Below are positions 18,455 to 33,089 of a stretch of DNA of 50,388 bases, piece after piece. The notes below the pieces were generated by a model that saw nothing but the letters and a program-made list of their open reading frames with translations, did no database searches and was not told the DNA's origin. The translations under genes and the position numbers were made by a program. Positions within the stretch are counted from its first letter, which is position 1. Each line of letters starts with the position of its first letter. This DNA is from Chitinivibrionales bacterium (lineage in GTDB: Bacteria > Fibrobacterota > Chitinivibrionia > Chitinivibrionales > WJKA01), in assembly GCA_038247415.1 (NCBI GenBank), contig JBBRUX010000028.1:1-50388 (forward strand). The letters run 5' to 3'.

Positions 18455-19471
18455 TTACCGTTTGCCAAAAAGGGTGCCAACTCGATCGAGCTCGCTTTGT
18501 GCATCCGAAACAAGATTTTCTATAACCTTGGCCATGGGTAAAATATCATCGATAAGCCCAACGCTCTGCCCCGCCATAAGCGAGCCATTCTCAACATCGC
18601 CATCTACCACAGCCTTTCTTAGCGCACCAACCCAAAAGCTCTCAACCTCAAACTGAGCCTTTTCCCGAGTAATGCTTCCAGCTTCTATTTCTTTAATAAG
18701 CTTCATTTGAAGTCTACCAAATTCATCGGTACCTTTATTTTTAATAGCGCGAACTGCCACAACTGGCAATTTAGAATCGTACTGAGGAGTTGCAATTGCC
18801 TGACGTCCTCGCGCCTTACGAAATACTTCTTTAAATGCAGGATGCGCAGTGCATTCGTTAGTCATTACAAAACGGGTTCCAAGCTGCACACCCGCTGCAC
18901 CCATGAGCATCATGTGGGCCATCATTTTTCCCGTAGCAATACCCCCGGCAACAAAAATAGGCACCTGATCGAATTTGAAAAGAACCTGCTGGAGCAATAT
19001 GCCAAGCGATACATGGCCAATGTGACCACCAGCCTCGCTACCCTCTAAAATAAGAGCATCGATGCCATAATTGATCTGCATCTGCGCAATCGATTCTTCG
19101 GAGGCAAAGGCAAGCGTTCGAATGCCATGAGACTTAACCGAAACAACTTCTGCCTTATGCGGAAAACTTCCCGCAAAAATGACAAAAGGGACTTTTTTGC
19201 TCTTTACAATTTCAAGATGCGCATGATAGTTAGGCGCAATGGTAATCATATTGACCGCAAAAGGCCCATTGATTTCAGCTATTGCTTTGTCAACTTCTTT
19301 TTCAAAGAGTTCAGGGGGCATATTTCCCCCAGCCAAAACGCCAAAAGCGCCCTCTTTAGAAACTGCTTTTACTAAATGAATATCACTGACCCAGGTCATA
19401 GCTCCTGCCATAATAGGATATTTCACACCTAAGAAATCGGTTCCGCGTTTTGCTAAAGTGTCGAAAATCAT
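18455..19471 (-). CDS. FabK-like enoyl-ACP reductase / nitronate monooxygenase family
   Basis: PIMAGAMTWVS, EGSEAGGHIG, AGGI, GVQLGTRF and GSLMAGQSVG motifs. Confidence 0.85.
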   Translation of the reverse strand: MIFDTLAKRGTDFLGVKYPIMAGAMTWVSDIHLVKAVSKEGAFGVLAGGNMPPELFEKEVDKAIAEINGPFAVNMITIAPNYHAHLEIVKSKKVPFVIFAGSFPHKAEVVSVKSHGIRTLAFASEESIAQMQINYGIDALILEGSEAGGHIGHVSLGILLQQVLFKFDQVPIFVAGGIATGKMMAHMMLMGAAGVQLGTRFVMTNECTAHPAFKEVFRKARGRQAIATPQYDSKLPVVAVRAIKNKGTDEFGRLQMKLIKEIEAGSITREKAQFEVESFWVGALRKAVVDGDVENGSLMAGQSVGLIDDILPMAKVIENLVSDAQSELDRVGTLFGKR

Positions 19472-19637
19472 AGCGTTAGATCCTTTTCTAGCGTTATCAT
19501 CACATCATTTTTCAATAATTAGAGTATACGTTAACAGGAGGGTTGAAATTGCAGAAAAAGCCAAATCGTAAGATGAGTAGTACAACAGCACTAAAAACTG
19601 CCGTTGTCCTCATTCCAAAAGAGGGATTCAATGAATT

Positions 19638-20291
19638 TTAAAGAGTAAGAAGCTGCTCTACCGTTACAAGGCTCATATCATTGGCTCTTAAATGCGCACG
19701 CGCATCGGTAGAAGCCGATCCTACCGCAAGAACCTTCATACCACCAGCAAGCCCTGCAGTAACACCAGCCTCGGCGTCTTCTACTACAAGACACTCACAT
19801 GGGGCAATGCCAATGAATTGTGCAGCAAGGAGAAACACCTCAGGATCGGGTTTGCTCTTTTTAATGCCGTTTCCATCTGCAACGCCATCAAAAAAGGCAT
19901 CGAGCCCAATGTACTTTAAAATTCCCGGGGTATTTTTAGACGAAGACCCAATAGCCATTTTAATCCCTTGAGCGCGCAGACCTTTGAGGATATCAGATAC
20001 TCCAGGGAGAATATCAGCAGGGCCTATCTTTTTCAAGAGATCTTTATAGTAATTATTTTTTCTTTCTGCGAGCGCAATCTTTTCTTCTTCTGTATAAATT
20101 CGCGTTGATTTTTCGAGAATAATTTCTAGGCTTTCCATCCGGCTAACACCGCGAAGCCGTTCATTAGTATGCCGATCAAATGCAATGCCTTCGTCATTGG
20201 CCATGCGCTGCCAGCCCTGGTAATGAAATTCATCGGTTGACACAATCACGCCGTCAAGATCAAAAATCACGCCTTTAATTGGCATAATCAT
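19638..20291 (-). CDS. pgmB: Beta-phosphoglucomutase
   Basis: FDLDGVI..TDEFHY, GVSRMESL, SSSKN, SKPDPEVF and VEDA motifs. Confidence 0.9.
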   Translation of the reverse strand: MIMPIKGVIFDLDGVIVSTDEFHYQGWQRMANDEGIAFDRHTNERLRGVSRMESLEIILEKSTRIYTEEEKIALAERKNNYYKDLLKKIGPADILPGVSDILKGLRAQGIKMAIGSSSKNTPGILKYIGLDAFFDGVADGNGIKKSKPDPEVFLLAAQFIGIAPCECLVVEDAEAGVTAGLAGGMKVLAVGSASTDARAHLRANDMSLVTVEQLLTL

Positions 20292-20340
20292 TCCTTAAAG
20301 AAATTAAGCAAAAATGGAACAACTAAGAAGAAGAAAAATA

Positions 20341-20427
20341 TGGTGCGGTTGGTCGGACTCGAACCGACACAGGATTGCTCCCACTACCCCCTCAAAGTAG
20401 CGTGTCTACCAGTTTCACCACAACCGC
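20341..20427 (-). tRNA. tRNA-Leu(GAG)
   Basis: GCGGTTG acceptor stem, anticodon arm CTACT-TT-GAG-GG-GGTAG, long variable arm, GGTTCGAGTCC, encoded CCA; downstream of secG. Confidence 0.95.
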
Positions 20428-20460
20428 ACAATATAAAGAACAAATCTGCAGATTTACAAA

Positions 20461-20928
20461 TTATTTAGCAGCAGGAGCAGGCGCTGGTGCCGGAACCTCA
20501 AGAGGTGCAGGACTACCCGCAGGTACTGCTCCACCTTCTGTAGAAGCCGGTTGCCCTTGACCTTCAAAAACATTTGCTGGCACAACGCCAGTTTGACCTT
20601 GCAAAGCTGATGCTGGAGAAAAGCTTTGTTCTTGCGATTCGGCACGTTTCTTAAGCAGTGATTTTTCTGCAGTGTTGCTTACCCCATGGCTTAAAAAAAC
20701 CGAGATAACGATGCACAGCGCCATGTATGTTCCAGCAAACCACGTTGTCCCTTTTGTAAGAATATTGGCGGTATCTTGCGTTCCCAAGAGTGCATTAGCA
20801 CCCGAGAGGCCACCACCAATTGCTCCAGATATTCCACCACCCTTATCCGATTGGATAAGAACCAAGAATATAAGGATAATACATACAAACACATAAATTA
20901 CAATAAACAAGCCAAAAAGAAACGCCAT
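20461..20928 (-). CDS. secG: Preprotein translocase subunit SecG
   Basis: TM-LIQSDKGGG..G-LTK.T-TM pattern; synteny tpiA-secG-tRNA-Leu. Confidence 0.9.
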   Translation of the reverse strand: MAFLFGLFIVIYVFVCIILIFLVLIQSDKGGGISGAIGGGLSGANALLGTQDTANILTKGTTWFAGTYMALCIVISVFLSHGVSNTAEKSLLKKRAESQEQSFSPASALQGQTGVVPANVFEGQGQPASTEGGAVPAGSPAPLEVPAPAPAPAAK

Positions 20929-20949
20929 AATAAATCCTAGATTGTTAAC

Positions 20950-21702
20950 TTATTTAGGAAAAACAATTCCTGCAAAATCGTCAGCCTTAAGAGCTGCACC
21001 ACCAATTAAACCACCATCAACATCACTCTCACTCAAAAGCGATTTGGCATTATCGGCCTTCATAGAGCCACCGTATTGAATGCGCACAACAGATGCAGTT
21101 TTTGCATCGTATAGTTTTGCAATAAGCGATCGAATAAATACATGAGCTTCGTTTGCCTGAGCTGGCGTTGCAGTTTCTCCTGTGCCAATTGCCCAAACAG
21201 GTTCGTAGGCAATAGTACAGGTTGCTGCTTGCTCGGCGCTTAGACCAGCAAAGCCGCCTGTTACATGGTCTTTCACGACCGATTCCATATTACCACTCTT
21301 GCGTTCTACCAGTGTTTCTCCAACACAAATAATTGGAAAAAGTCCTGCGGCAAGAACAGCTTGAACTTTTTTATTAACGGTTTCGTTTGTTTCGCCAAAG
21401 TAGGTACGTTGTTCGGAGTGTCCAATGATTACATAGGTAACACCAACGCTTTTAAGCATTGCGGTACTTACTTTACCAGTAAATGCGCCTTTGGCTTCCC
21501 AATGAACATCCTGTGCGCCAAGCTTAATAGTTGTACCCTTGATTATTTCGGAAACAGCAAAAAGACTTGTAAACGGAGGACAAATTGCTACATCTACATC
21601 GGTGGTTGCACCCATTTTTGCCACAACGGCACGAGCAAGTTCAACGGCTTCGGTAACCGTTGTATTCATTTTCCAATTTCCGGCAATAAATTTCTTAAGC
21701 AT
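20950..21702 (-). CDS. tpiA: Triosephosphate isomerase
   Basis: AGNWKMN, GHSE, AYEPVWAIGTG and YGGS motifs. Confidence 0.97.
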   Translation of the reverse strand: MLKKFIAGNWKMNTTVTEAVELARAVVAKMGATTDVDVAICPPFTSLFAVSEIIKGTTIKLGAQDVHWEAKGAFTGKVSTAMLKSVGVTYVIIGHSEQRTYFGETNETVNKKVQAVLAAGLFPIICVGETLVERKSGNMESVVKDHVTGGFAGLSAEQAATCTIAYEPVWAIGTGETATPAQANEAHVFIRSLIAKLYDAKTASVVRIQYGGSMKADNAKSLLSESDVDGGLIGGAALKADDFAGIVFPK

Positions 21703-21873
21703 AATATGTCTCGTAGTAAAAAATGACTGTCTTTAAATATTAAAAGACTCTTAAAAATAATTCCGGTTGCATAATTTGTCCAGATTCAATGCAACCAGAC
21801 GCAAAAAAAACAACTACCACATTACTTGGCAAGGAGATCGTACAACGAGATCCTTGCCATAAAAATCGTGTTC

Positions 21874-23142
21874 TTATTTATCGTTGAGCGCTTTTACACC
21901 GGGCAACGCTTTACCTTCAACGAGTTCCAAAGCAGCTCCACCACCCGTTGAAATGTGCGACATTTTATCAGCAACGCCAGCTTTTTTAATAGCTGACACA
22001 GAGTCCCCGCCACCAATAATGGTTGTTGCGCCTTGCAATTCCCCCAAAGCTTTCGCAATGGCATTCGTTCCAACAGCAAACTTAGGAAACTCAAAAACGC
22101 CCATGGGCCCGTTCCAGAACACCGTCTTAGCGCCTTTAAGCGCATGCGTAAACTTATCGATGGTCATAGGGCCAATGTCCATTCCCATCCAGCCATCATC
22201 AACACCATTGCGTGCCACATGGCGTGACTCGGCATCTGCTGCAAATTTCTGCGTTACAATATGATCGATGGGCAAATAAATATATTTGCGCATATGATAT
22301 GCTTTTTCGAGAATTTCATGTGCCTTGGGGATCATTTCCTGTTCGATAAGAGAAGCACCGCACGTAATACCCTTTGCAGTAAGGAAGGTATATGCCATTC
22401 CACCGCCAATGATAATATGATCTACCTTATCAATAAGGCTTTCGAGCACTGCAATCTTGCTGCTTACCTTTGCACCACCAATAATGGCAACGAAGGGAGA
22501 CTCGGGATTCTTAACAATTTTTTCGTAAAGATATTCGAGCTCTTTTTCCATGAGAAATCCTGCAACGGCAGGAAGAAGCTTTGCTATATCGGTTGTTGAC
22601 GCGTGTGCGCGATGAGCTGTGCCAAAAGCATCGTTAACATAAATATCGCCGTAGCGTGCAAGTGCTTTGGCAAGTACTAACCGTTCTTCGTCGACCTTGC
22701 TGGTTTCTTCTTTGTGAAATCGTGTGTTTTCGAGCATGAGAATAGCACCATTAGCCATTCCGTTGACTAAGGCGAGTGTAGCATCGGAGATGCAGTCTGG
22801 AGCAAGAGCTACATCTTTTTTAAGAAGCCCCGCAAGATAGGTTGCAAGAGGAGCCATTTTGTGTTTGCCATTGAGATAGGCCTGTTCGTCAAAAGATATG
22901 CCATCTTTTTCGGCTTTTTCTCGAGCTTTTTGAGTGTCTTTTTTAGGATCGCCCACATGTGACATGAGCACCAGACTCTTTGCGCCATGAGAAAGCACGT
23001 ATTCGATGCTGGGCAATGCTGCTTTGATACGAGTATCGTCTTGAATAACGCCATCTTTAAGAGGAACGTTAAAATCGACCCGCATGATAACCCGCTTGCC
23101 AGAAAAATCTACATCGCGTACTGTTTTCTTAGAAATCGCCAT
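21874..23142 (-). CDS. pgk: Phosphoglycerate kinase
   Basis: RVDFNVP, DAFGTAHRAH, GGAKVSSK and HISTGGGA motifs. Confidence 0.97.
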   Translation of the reverse strand: MAISKKTVRDVDFSGKRVIMRVDFNVPLKDGVIQDDTRIKAALPSIEYVLSHGAKSLVLMSHVGDPKKDTQKAREKAEKDGISFDEQAYLNGKHKMAPLATYLAGLLKKDVALAPDCISDATLALVNGMANGAILMLENTRFHKEETSKVDEERLVLAKALARYGDIYVNDAFGTAHRAHASTTDIAKLLPAVAGFLMEKELEYLYEKIVKNPESPFVAIIGGAKVSSKIAVLESLIDKVDHIIIGGGMAYTFLTAKGITCGASLIEQEMIPKAHEILEKAYHMRKYIYLPIDHIVTQKFAADAESRHVARNGVDDGWMGMDIGPMTIDKFTHALKGAKTVFWNGPMGVFEFPKFAVGTNAIAKALGELQGATTIIGGGDSVSAIKKAGVADKMSHISTGGGAALELVEGKALPGVKALNDK

Positions 23143-23220
23143 CTGATGCTCCTTCTCTTCACGTAAGTGTCAGGAAAAATCTGACAAATCGAAATTGTAT
23201 TGAAGTAATCCCGCCATTTA

Positions 23221-23249
23221 AAAAGCGCCCCCGACACAATCGGGGGCGC
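23221..23249 (-). terminator. Intrinsic terminator between gap and pgk
   Basis: GCGCCCCCGA-N5-TCGGGGGCGC hairpin followed by a T-run on the minus strand. Confidence 0.7.
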
Positions 23250-23264
23250 ACGTCTTAAAGAATT

Positions 23265-24365
<1,101 letters not shown>

Positions 24366-24447
24366 TCAATCAAATAAGTTTAGCAAAAATAGATGCTCGC
24401 AGCATACTAATTCAAGATTCACATTTTTAGATTTTCTTTTCACATGC

Positions 24448-24485
24448 AAAAAAATAGGCCGTTTTGGTTTCCCTAACGGCCTATT
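24448..24485 (-). terminator. Intrinsic terminator after groEL
   Basis: AATAGGCCGTT / AACGGCCTATT stem with a T-run on the minus strand. Confidence 0.75.
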
Positions 24486-24522
24486 GCGAGTGCTTAATCA
24501 AATACTAACACAATCTGAGCTG

Positions 24523-26172
<1,650 letters not shown>

Positions 26173-26204
26173 TTATAAGTAAATAAAATAATTTCGTTAT
26201 ACCA

Positions 26205-26489
26205 TTAAACCGTAGCCAAGACATCGCTTTCACGCATAATCAAGTATTCTTCGTTGTCGACTTTAATTTCTGTGCCGGAATACTTTCCGTAAAGAACTTT
26301 GTCGCCTTTTTTAAGAACCATTTCGATTTTGGCACCTTTTTCGGAAACTTTGCCAGGACCAACAGCAACTATTTCGCCCTTTTGTGGTTTCTCTTTTGCA
26401 TTATCAGGGATGATAATTCCGCCAGCGGTCTTCTGTTCTGCTTCGAGTGGCTTAACAATGATGCGATCTTCGAGTGGCTTGACATTCAT
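26205..26489 (-). CDS. groS: Co-chaperonin GroES
   Basis: [20 protein letters not shown] and KYSGTE motifs. Confidence 0.98.
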   Translation of the reverse strand: MNVKPLEDRIIVKPLEAEQKTAGGIIIPDNAKEKPQKGEIVAVGPGKVSEKGAKIEMVLKKGDKVLYGKYSGTEIKVDNEEYLIMRESDVLATV

Positions 26490-26537
26490 ACAAAAACCTC
26501 CATAAATAATGAGTAAAACAGGAATTACAATTTATAC

Positions 26538-28592
<2,055 letters not shown>

Positions 28593-29009
28593 TCATATAT
28601 TTTCTTAATTACCACTCTTTCGAGCCAAAATTATCATTGTGCTTTTTTCATAACTACTCATTTTACAATGCATTATATAAAATATTGGGACGATTTTGAG
28701 CATCATTGAAACATTCTGCTATTTCTAATAAGAATCTCTAAAGGTTTTTTAACTTTCCCGATTTTAAAACATTACTGTTTAAAACTGAAAACTATTTAAA
28801 CCCACCGTTTCATTTTGAAACATATACCTAGGCTTGAATACCAAGCTGCTATCGAAACAATTGCAAACCTCTCGTGACCACTCCAAAAACTGAGTGCAAC
28901 CCCTCTGGGTAGCATTTTAGGGGAGAGTAACAAGAATTGAAGAATTAAAGATCTACAGAAGTGCCGAAAACAGGATTATTTTAGATCTACAGGTGACCCA
29001 ATGACCAAC

Positions 29010-29025
29010 TGGCACAGCAGTTGCA
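29010..29025 (+). promoter_or_regulatory. sigma54 (-24/-12) promoter upstream of the YugP-like peptidase
   Basis: TGGCAC-AGCAG-TTGCA, an exact match to the TGGCAC-N5-TTGCA core, ~70 nt before ATG 29095. Confidence 0.75.
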
Positions 29026-29094
29026 ACAATTTTCTATTTTAAGCGTAGTAACAAAAATCTCTTATTTTAATTACCTTTTTTAAGGAGCGTTAAT

Positions 29095-29790
29095 ATGTTT
29101 TTCGATCCGGTTTATTTTATGTTTGCAATTCCTGGTTTGCTGTTAGCTTTTTATGCAACTTTCAAAACAAAATCCACCTTTGGAAAGTATTCGAAAGTTC
29201 GGACAGCTAAAGGTTTAACTGGTGCTCAAGCAGCAAAGCGATTGCTCTCTGAAGCGGGTATTAATGATGTTGACATTGAAGAAGTTGGCGGATTTTTATC
29301 CGATCACTACGATCCAACCGCAAAGAAGCTTCGCCTCTCGCCAGATGTTTTCAGAAGCGACAGTTTGTCTGCTACGGGCGTTGCTTGTCACGAGGCAGGC
29401 CATGCAATTCAACATGCGCGAGGGTATGCGTGGCTTGGGCTACGGTCGGCGCTTGTTCCAGCAACCAATATATCTAGCTGGCTATCGTATATCGTAATAA
29501 TCCTTGGAACCCTGCTCCACTCTCAATCTTTTGTCCTTTTGGGAGCGGTGATCTTTTCTGCAGCGGTTCTTTTTTCGATTGTAACGCTTCCCGTTGAATG
29601 GGATGCAAGTGCCCGCGCTAAAAAGCTCATGGTAGAAGCCGGAATTGTTTCTCAATCCGAAGCAGGAATGGCCGGAGCAGTTCTCAATGCAGCTTTCTTG
29701 ACGTACGTTGCTTCTGCGGTAAGCTCGTTATTGACACTTGCGTATTATCTCATGCGCGCCGGGGTGTTTGGCGGGAGAAGTAATGATTGA
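29095..29790 (+). CDS. YugP-like membrane zinc metallopeptidase
   Basis: LSDHYDP, HEAGHAIQH, TLPVEWDAS.RA and AA.LTYV motifs. Confidence 0.9.
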   Translation: MFFDPVYFMFAIPGLLLAFYATFKTKSTFGKYSKVRTAKGLTGAQAAKRLLSEAGINDVDIEEVGGFLSDHYDPTAKKLRLSPDVFRSDSLSATGVACHEAGHAIQHARGYAWLGLRSALVPATNISSWLSYIVIILGTLLHSQSFVLLGAVIFSAAVLFSIVTLPVEWDASARAKKLMVEAGIVSQSEAGMAGAVLNAAFLTYVASAVSSLLTLAYYLMRAGVFGGRSND

Positions 29791-29802
29791 TGAATCGTCG
29801 GG

Positions 29803-29830
29803 GTCGGGGTTCACTATTTTGAACCCCGAC
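29803..29830. repeat. 28-bp palindromic repeat, copy 1
   Basis: GTCGGGGTTCA-CTATTT-TGAACCCCGAC; near-identical copy at 33029-33056. Confidence 0.8.
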
Positions 29831-29964
29831 ACGCACAGAGGCAGTATTGACTAAGACGGATGTCATCAAGAATTTGGGGAATCTTCTGAATAACGCATGA
29901 GGCGGTAACGGGGCTTAGCCGCCCCTTCTACCACAATCCTTTCAACATACCTACAAGAAAGCTC

Positions 29965-30741
29965 TTATGCCTTTTTGTTAACCCTCTGCGCCAGTTTCTT
30001 TTTTCGCTCATAAGATTTTGCCCGTAACCAGAGAGGAATAATTAGAGCCAGTGCAGCACCGGAACCGCATCCACTCTTTTTCTTTTCTGCAACAGCAGGA
30101 TTTACAAGAATAAAGTTTGTTTGTACATTTGTTGGAGCTTGATACAATTGCACTTTGAGGATGCCTTCACGTGTGCTGTCGAGATAATTGGTTCCAATGT
30201 CCCAAACCACAGAATCTAAAACACTCGTTTTGGTTATCCTGCTCCAGCTTTTTCCGCCGGTCAAAGAATACTCAACCTCACAACCGGCTGGAATATCCAT
30301 TTGCCAATGAATCGTATAAGACTTTCCTATTTCAATTCGTTCGCCATCAGCGGGTTTGTTAATTTTAAATGGTACTGTCGTATGTACCGTTATTTTTACC
30401 GTATCTACCGAGAACAGCGTACCATCCGATGCCTTAAGTTGAAAATTGTAAACACCTGCGGCTGTAAATGAAACAGTAGTAATCGAAGCACTAGAATTTT
30501 TAATCTGGCTTGCAGCAGGTCCAGAAACTTGACTCCAGGTTATTACCAATTGTTCAACAGGTGTGCTGTCATCTGAAATATTCCCTGTTAGAAATGCTTC
30601 ATACGTAGTGCCAATATTTGGTTGATCAAATCCGGCACCAACATCAGGGGGCATATTCGCCAGTGCGAGTGTTGCATGCATACTAATGATCAAACCAAGA
30701 AATCCTATTGCCCCTTGTTTTTTAAAAAAAGATTTTTGCAT
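29965..30741 (-). CDS. Secreted PKD/Ig-like protein with C-terminal sorting signal
   Basis: Signal peptide, WSQVSGP...F...GVYNFQL.ASDG PKD-like pattern, C-terminal SGCGSG + hydrophobic + basic tail. Confidence 0.75.
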   Translation of the reverse strand: MQKSFFKKQGAIGFLGLIISMHATLALANMPPDVGAGFDQPNIGTTYEAFLTGNISDDSTPVEQLVITWSQVSGPAASQIKNSSASITTVSFTAAGVYNFQLKASDGTLFSVDTVKITVHTTVPFKINKPADGERIEIGKSYTIHWQMDIPAGCEVEYSLTGGKSWSRITKTSVLDSVVWDIGTNYLDSTREGILKVQLYQAPTNVQTNFILVNPAVAEKKKSGCGSGAALALIIPLWLRAKSYERKKKLAQRVNKKA

Positions 30742-30826
30742 AAGCTTCTGATACTTTCTAAAAAAAATTCGCCCATTCTTTTTAGAAGGAGCGAACTGTG
30801 TTACTAGATATTACTTAATGTAAACG

Positions 30827-32059
30827 TTACTTAAGTATTACATTCTTTGAAGGTATAAACCCCGATTTTTTGGGTGAAATAAAAACTCCCTGTACCCCAG
30901 AACCCGATACAGGAGCAACTCTCCCTTTTGTATCAATCATCATATCGTTTTTGGCTACTTCGCTTTGAGTCAACACAGATTGTGCGCTGCGATCGTGACC
31001 AGCAATAGAAGTTCCGGTGTAAAAATAAGCATCCATATTTCCCATGGCTACGCTAGGCGCGTCTACTACTGCCGCCCATTTTAAATCCGAAACTCTTACA
31101 AGTCGTGGGTTAGAAATTCCTTCTGTGCTAAAAGAGTTTTTATACGCATAGATAGATATGTAATCGCGTTCTGAAGTCCATCGGAGACTCTCATATTGAT
31201 TGCTCTCTCCACCAAGCACATTGGTTCCCAGCGCCTTCAAATAGGTCTCCGTACCAGTTTTGGTGATAAGACGAATATGGGTATGAGAACCTACGGTATA
31301 TAGCACATCACCGGTTGCATCTCGAGCCATACTTGGCCAGCAACCCGTCGGATTAATTGTATGGAGGCTACTACTCTCAACAGTCAAGATGCCAATTGCT
31401 CCATAATTAGGAAACCCACCTGCAACATATTTTCCATCAGAAGAAATAGATGCCCAGCAGGTTGAGCCGGCGCCAATGGTTCCTCCCCATGCCGCACGAG
31501 CCCAGGTACAAGTAAAAATGGTTGCCTTTTCGCTCGTATCGGCAATATTAATGCGCATTAAGCGTGCTGTAGTACTTGTGTCGCCTTTATATTCTGTTGC
31601 TAGCATCCAATTCTTAGAATCAGAAGTCTGGTAACAATGTCCATCTCCTTCAAAATTCTTGACAACGGTCTTTTTTGTAGTATCTGCCCAGTCAACAATA
31701 ATCATCTGATGTGAAACATTCTCGGTATAAATGATTTTTGCTCCATCCCAGCTCAATGTTGCACTGGAATAATGGATATTCAATTTAGCACCGGCAATTT
31801 GCTTGACAATCCCATCTTTGGTATCCATTGCCTTTATCTTATTTGGGTTGATTTGCCGCGTTCCACCCCAATCAAAATTGGGTTTTCTCTCATTGTTGCC
31901 TTCTTCCTGCCAGACTAGTTTTGCATATTTATCTGCACCAAGCAGCGTAGCAAATCTCGTTTTTAGCTGATCTGCTGTTTGTGCGCTCAAAAGCCCGCAC
32001 ATCGAAATAATAGCAACAATTCCTGCCTTCAACCGAAACCCGTTTACCATCTTATTCAT
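30827..32059 (-). CDS. Secreted TolB-like beta-propeller protein
   Basis: Signal peptide, SWDGAKIIY and SSDGKYVA blade motifs, short C-terminal D.KGR domain. Start at 32059 follows a GAAGGA RBS. Confidence 0.65.
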   Translation of the reverse strand: MNKMVNGFRLKAGIVAIISMCGLLSAQTADQLKTRFATLLGADKYAKLVWQEEGNNERKPNFDWGGTRQINPNKIKAMDTKDGIVKQIAGAKLNIHYSSATLSWDGAKIIYTENVSHQMIIVDWADTTKKTVVKNFEGDGHCYQTSDSKNWMLATEYKGDTSTTARLMRINIADTSEKATIFTCTWARAAWGGTIGAGSTCWASISSDGKYVAGGFPNYGAIGILTVESSSLHTINPTGCWPSMARDATGDVLYTVGSHTHIRLITKTGTETYLKALGTNVLGGESNQYESLRWTSERDYISIYAYKNSFSTEGISNPRLVRVSDLKWAAVVDAPSVAMGNMDAYFYTGTSIAGHDRSAQSVLTQSEVAKNDMMIDTKGRVAPVSGSGVQGVFISPKKSGFIPSKNVILK

Positions 32060-32452
32060 ACAACTTCCTTTCAACACAATGCAATTTTTATCCGCTCTCA
32101 CAATCTCTACCATTTAATATATCCCATTGTTTTGAAATAGCCAACAATTACTTACTACATGGAACGAAATTACTATACATTCATGTCTAAAGTTTCAAAG
32201 AGACTCCGTTCTTTATCGTATGAGCCCAAATTCAGATTGCTTTTTTTTGAAAATCAGTTGGTTTGCCTATTTTTGAGCCCATATGACTTGGATACTATCA
32301 ATAATCCTCTTTTCTTACGAATGAACCCCTAAAAAGGCTAGATAATTTCGATTATATAACTTTTTTGCTACTTTTTTGAATTTAATTGAGGTGGATGCTA
32401 AAAATAGATTTGGTAGTATTTATTTATAACCTTAATTAGGTTTTTTGGTTTA

Positions 32453-32860
32453 ATGGGCAGTAAAGATGGCGTCATTAAAGATATTGCCACCGAAGCTGGT
32501 TTTAAATACGAACCATCTTTTACTTATGACGGCACAAGGATTGTTTACGGCAATAAAAATGGAACTTATTCAGTTGTATCTGTTCCAAATGCTCTCCCCG
32601 GTGAACCAAGAGTATTAACATCAGGTGTTAGCTACACGGGAAGTTGCCGCACATGGCGAGATGCAGCAGGGAATGATTATTTCATCGCGACAGATGCTAG
32701 AACCACCACAAAAATTCAAATTATTCCTGTCGATCCAGGTAAAGGAACACAAAAGACTATCACCATGCCTATGGACGCCGGGTCAGATGGTTTTTGCTGG
32801 GTTTCACTCACAGCGGATCAAACCCGTGCATTTTACACCAATGGGATGTTCATAAGATAA
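32453..32860 (+). pseudogene. Truncated paralog fragment of the adjacent beta-propeller gene
   Basis: SKDGVIKDIA / FTYDGTRIVY / CWVSLTAD align in order with TKDGIVKQIA / LSWDGAKIIY / CWASISSD. No signal peptide and no C-terminal half. Confidence 0.55.
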
Positions 32861-33028
32861 TGCATATTACTTCAATGAATTCACCAAGCTCCTCCACACC
32901 AATAAATGGTGATATATTGCTTGGTCAAAAAGGGCCAACCCTTGATACAATCCTCAAAGCTGGTTTGCCACCCTCAAGGAAAACCCATATGCCTCTTATC
33001 AAATCGGCGGAAATACAATAACTACTCG

Positions 33029-33056
33029 GTCGGGGTTCAATATTTTGAACCCCGAC
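33029..33056. repeat. 28-bp palindromic repeat, copy 2
   Basis: GTCGGGGTTCA-ATATTT-TGAACCCCGAC. Confidence 0.8.
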
Positions 33057-33089
33057 CTTGCAAAGAAGCGGGTTTGGAACACGCCTCTT

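Noticed and set aside
28879..28899. CIRCE-like CACTC...GAGTGCAA upstream of dnaK
   Set aside because: The spacer is 8 rather than 9 nt, the left arm lacks TTAG, and it is ~400 nt from dnaK.
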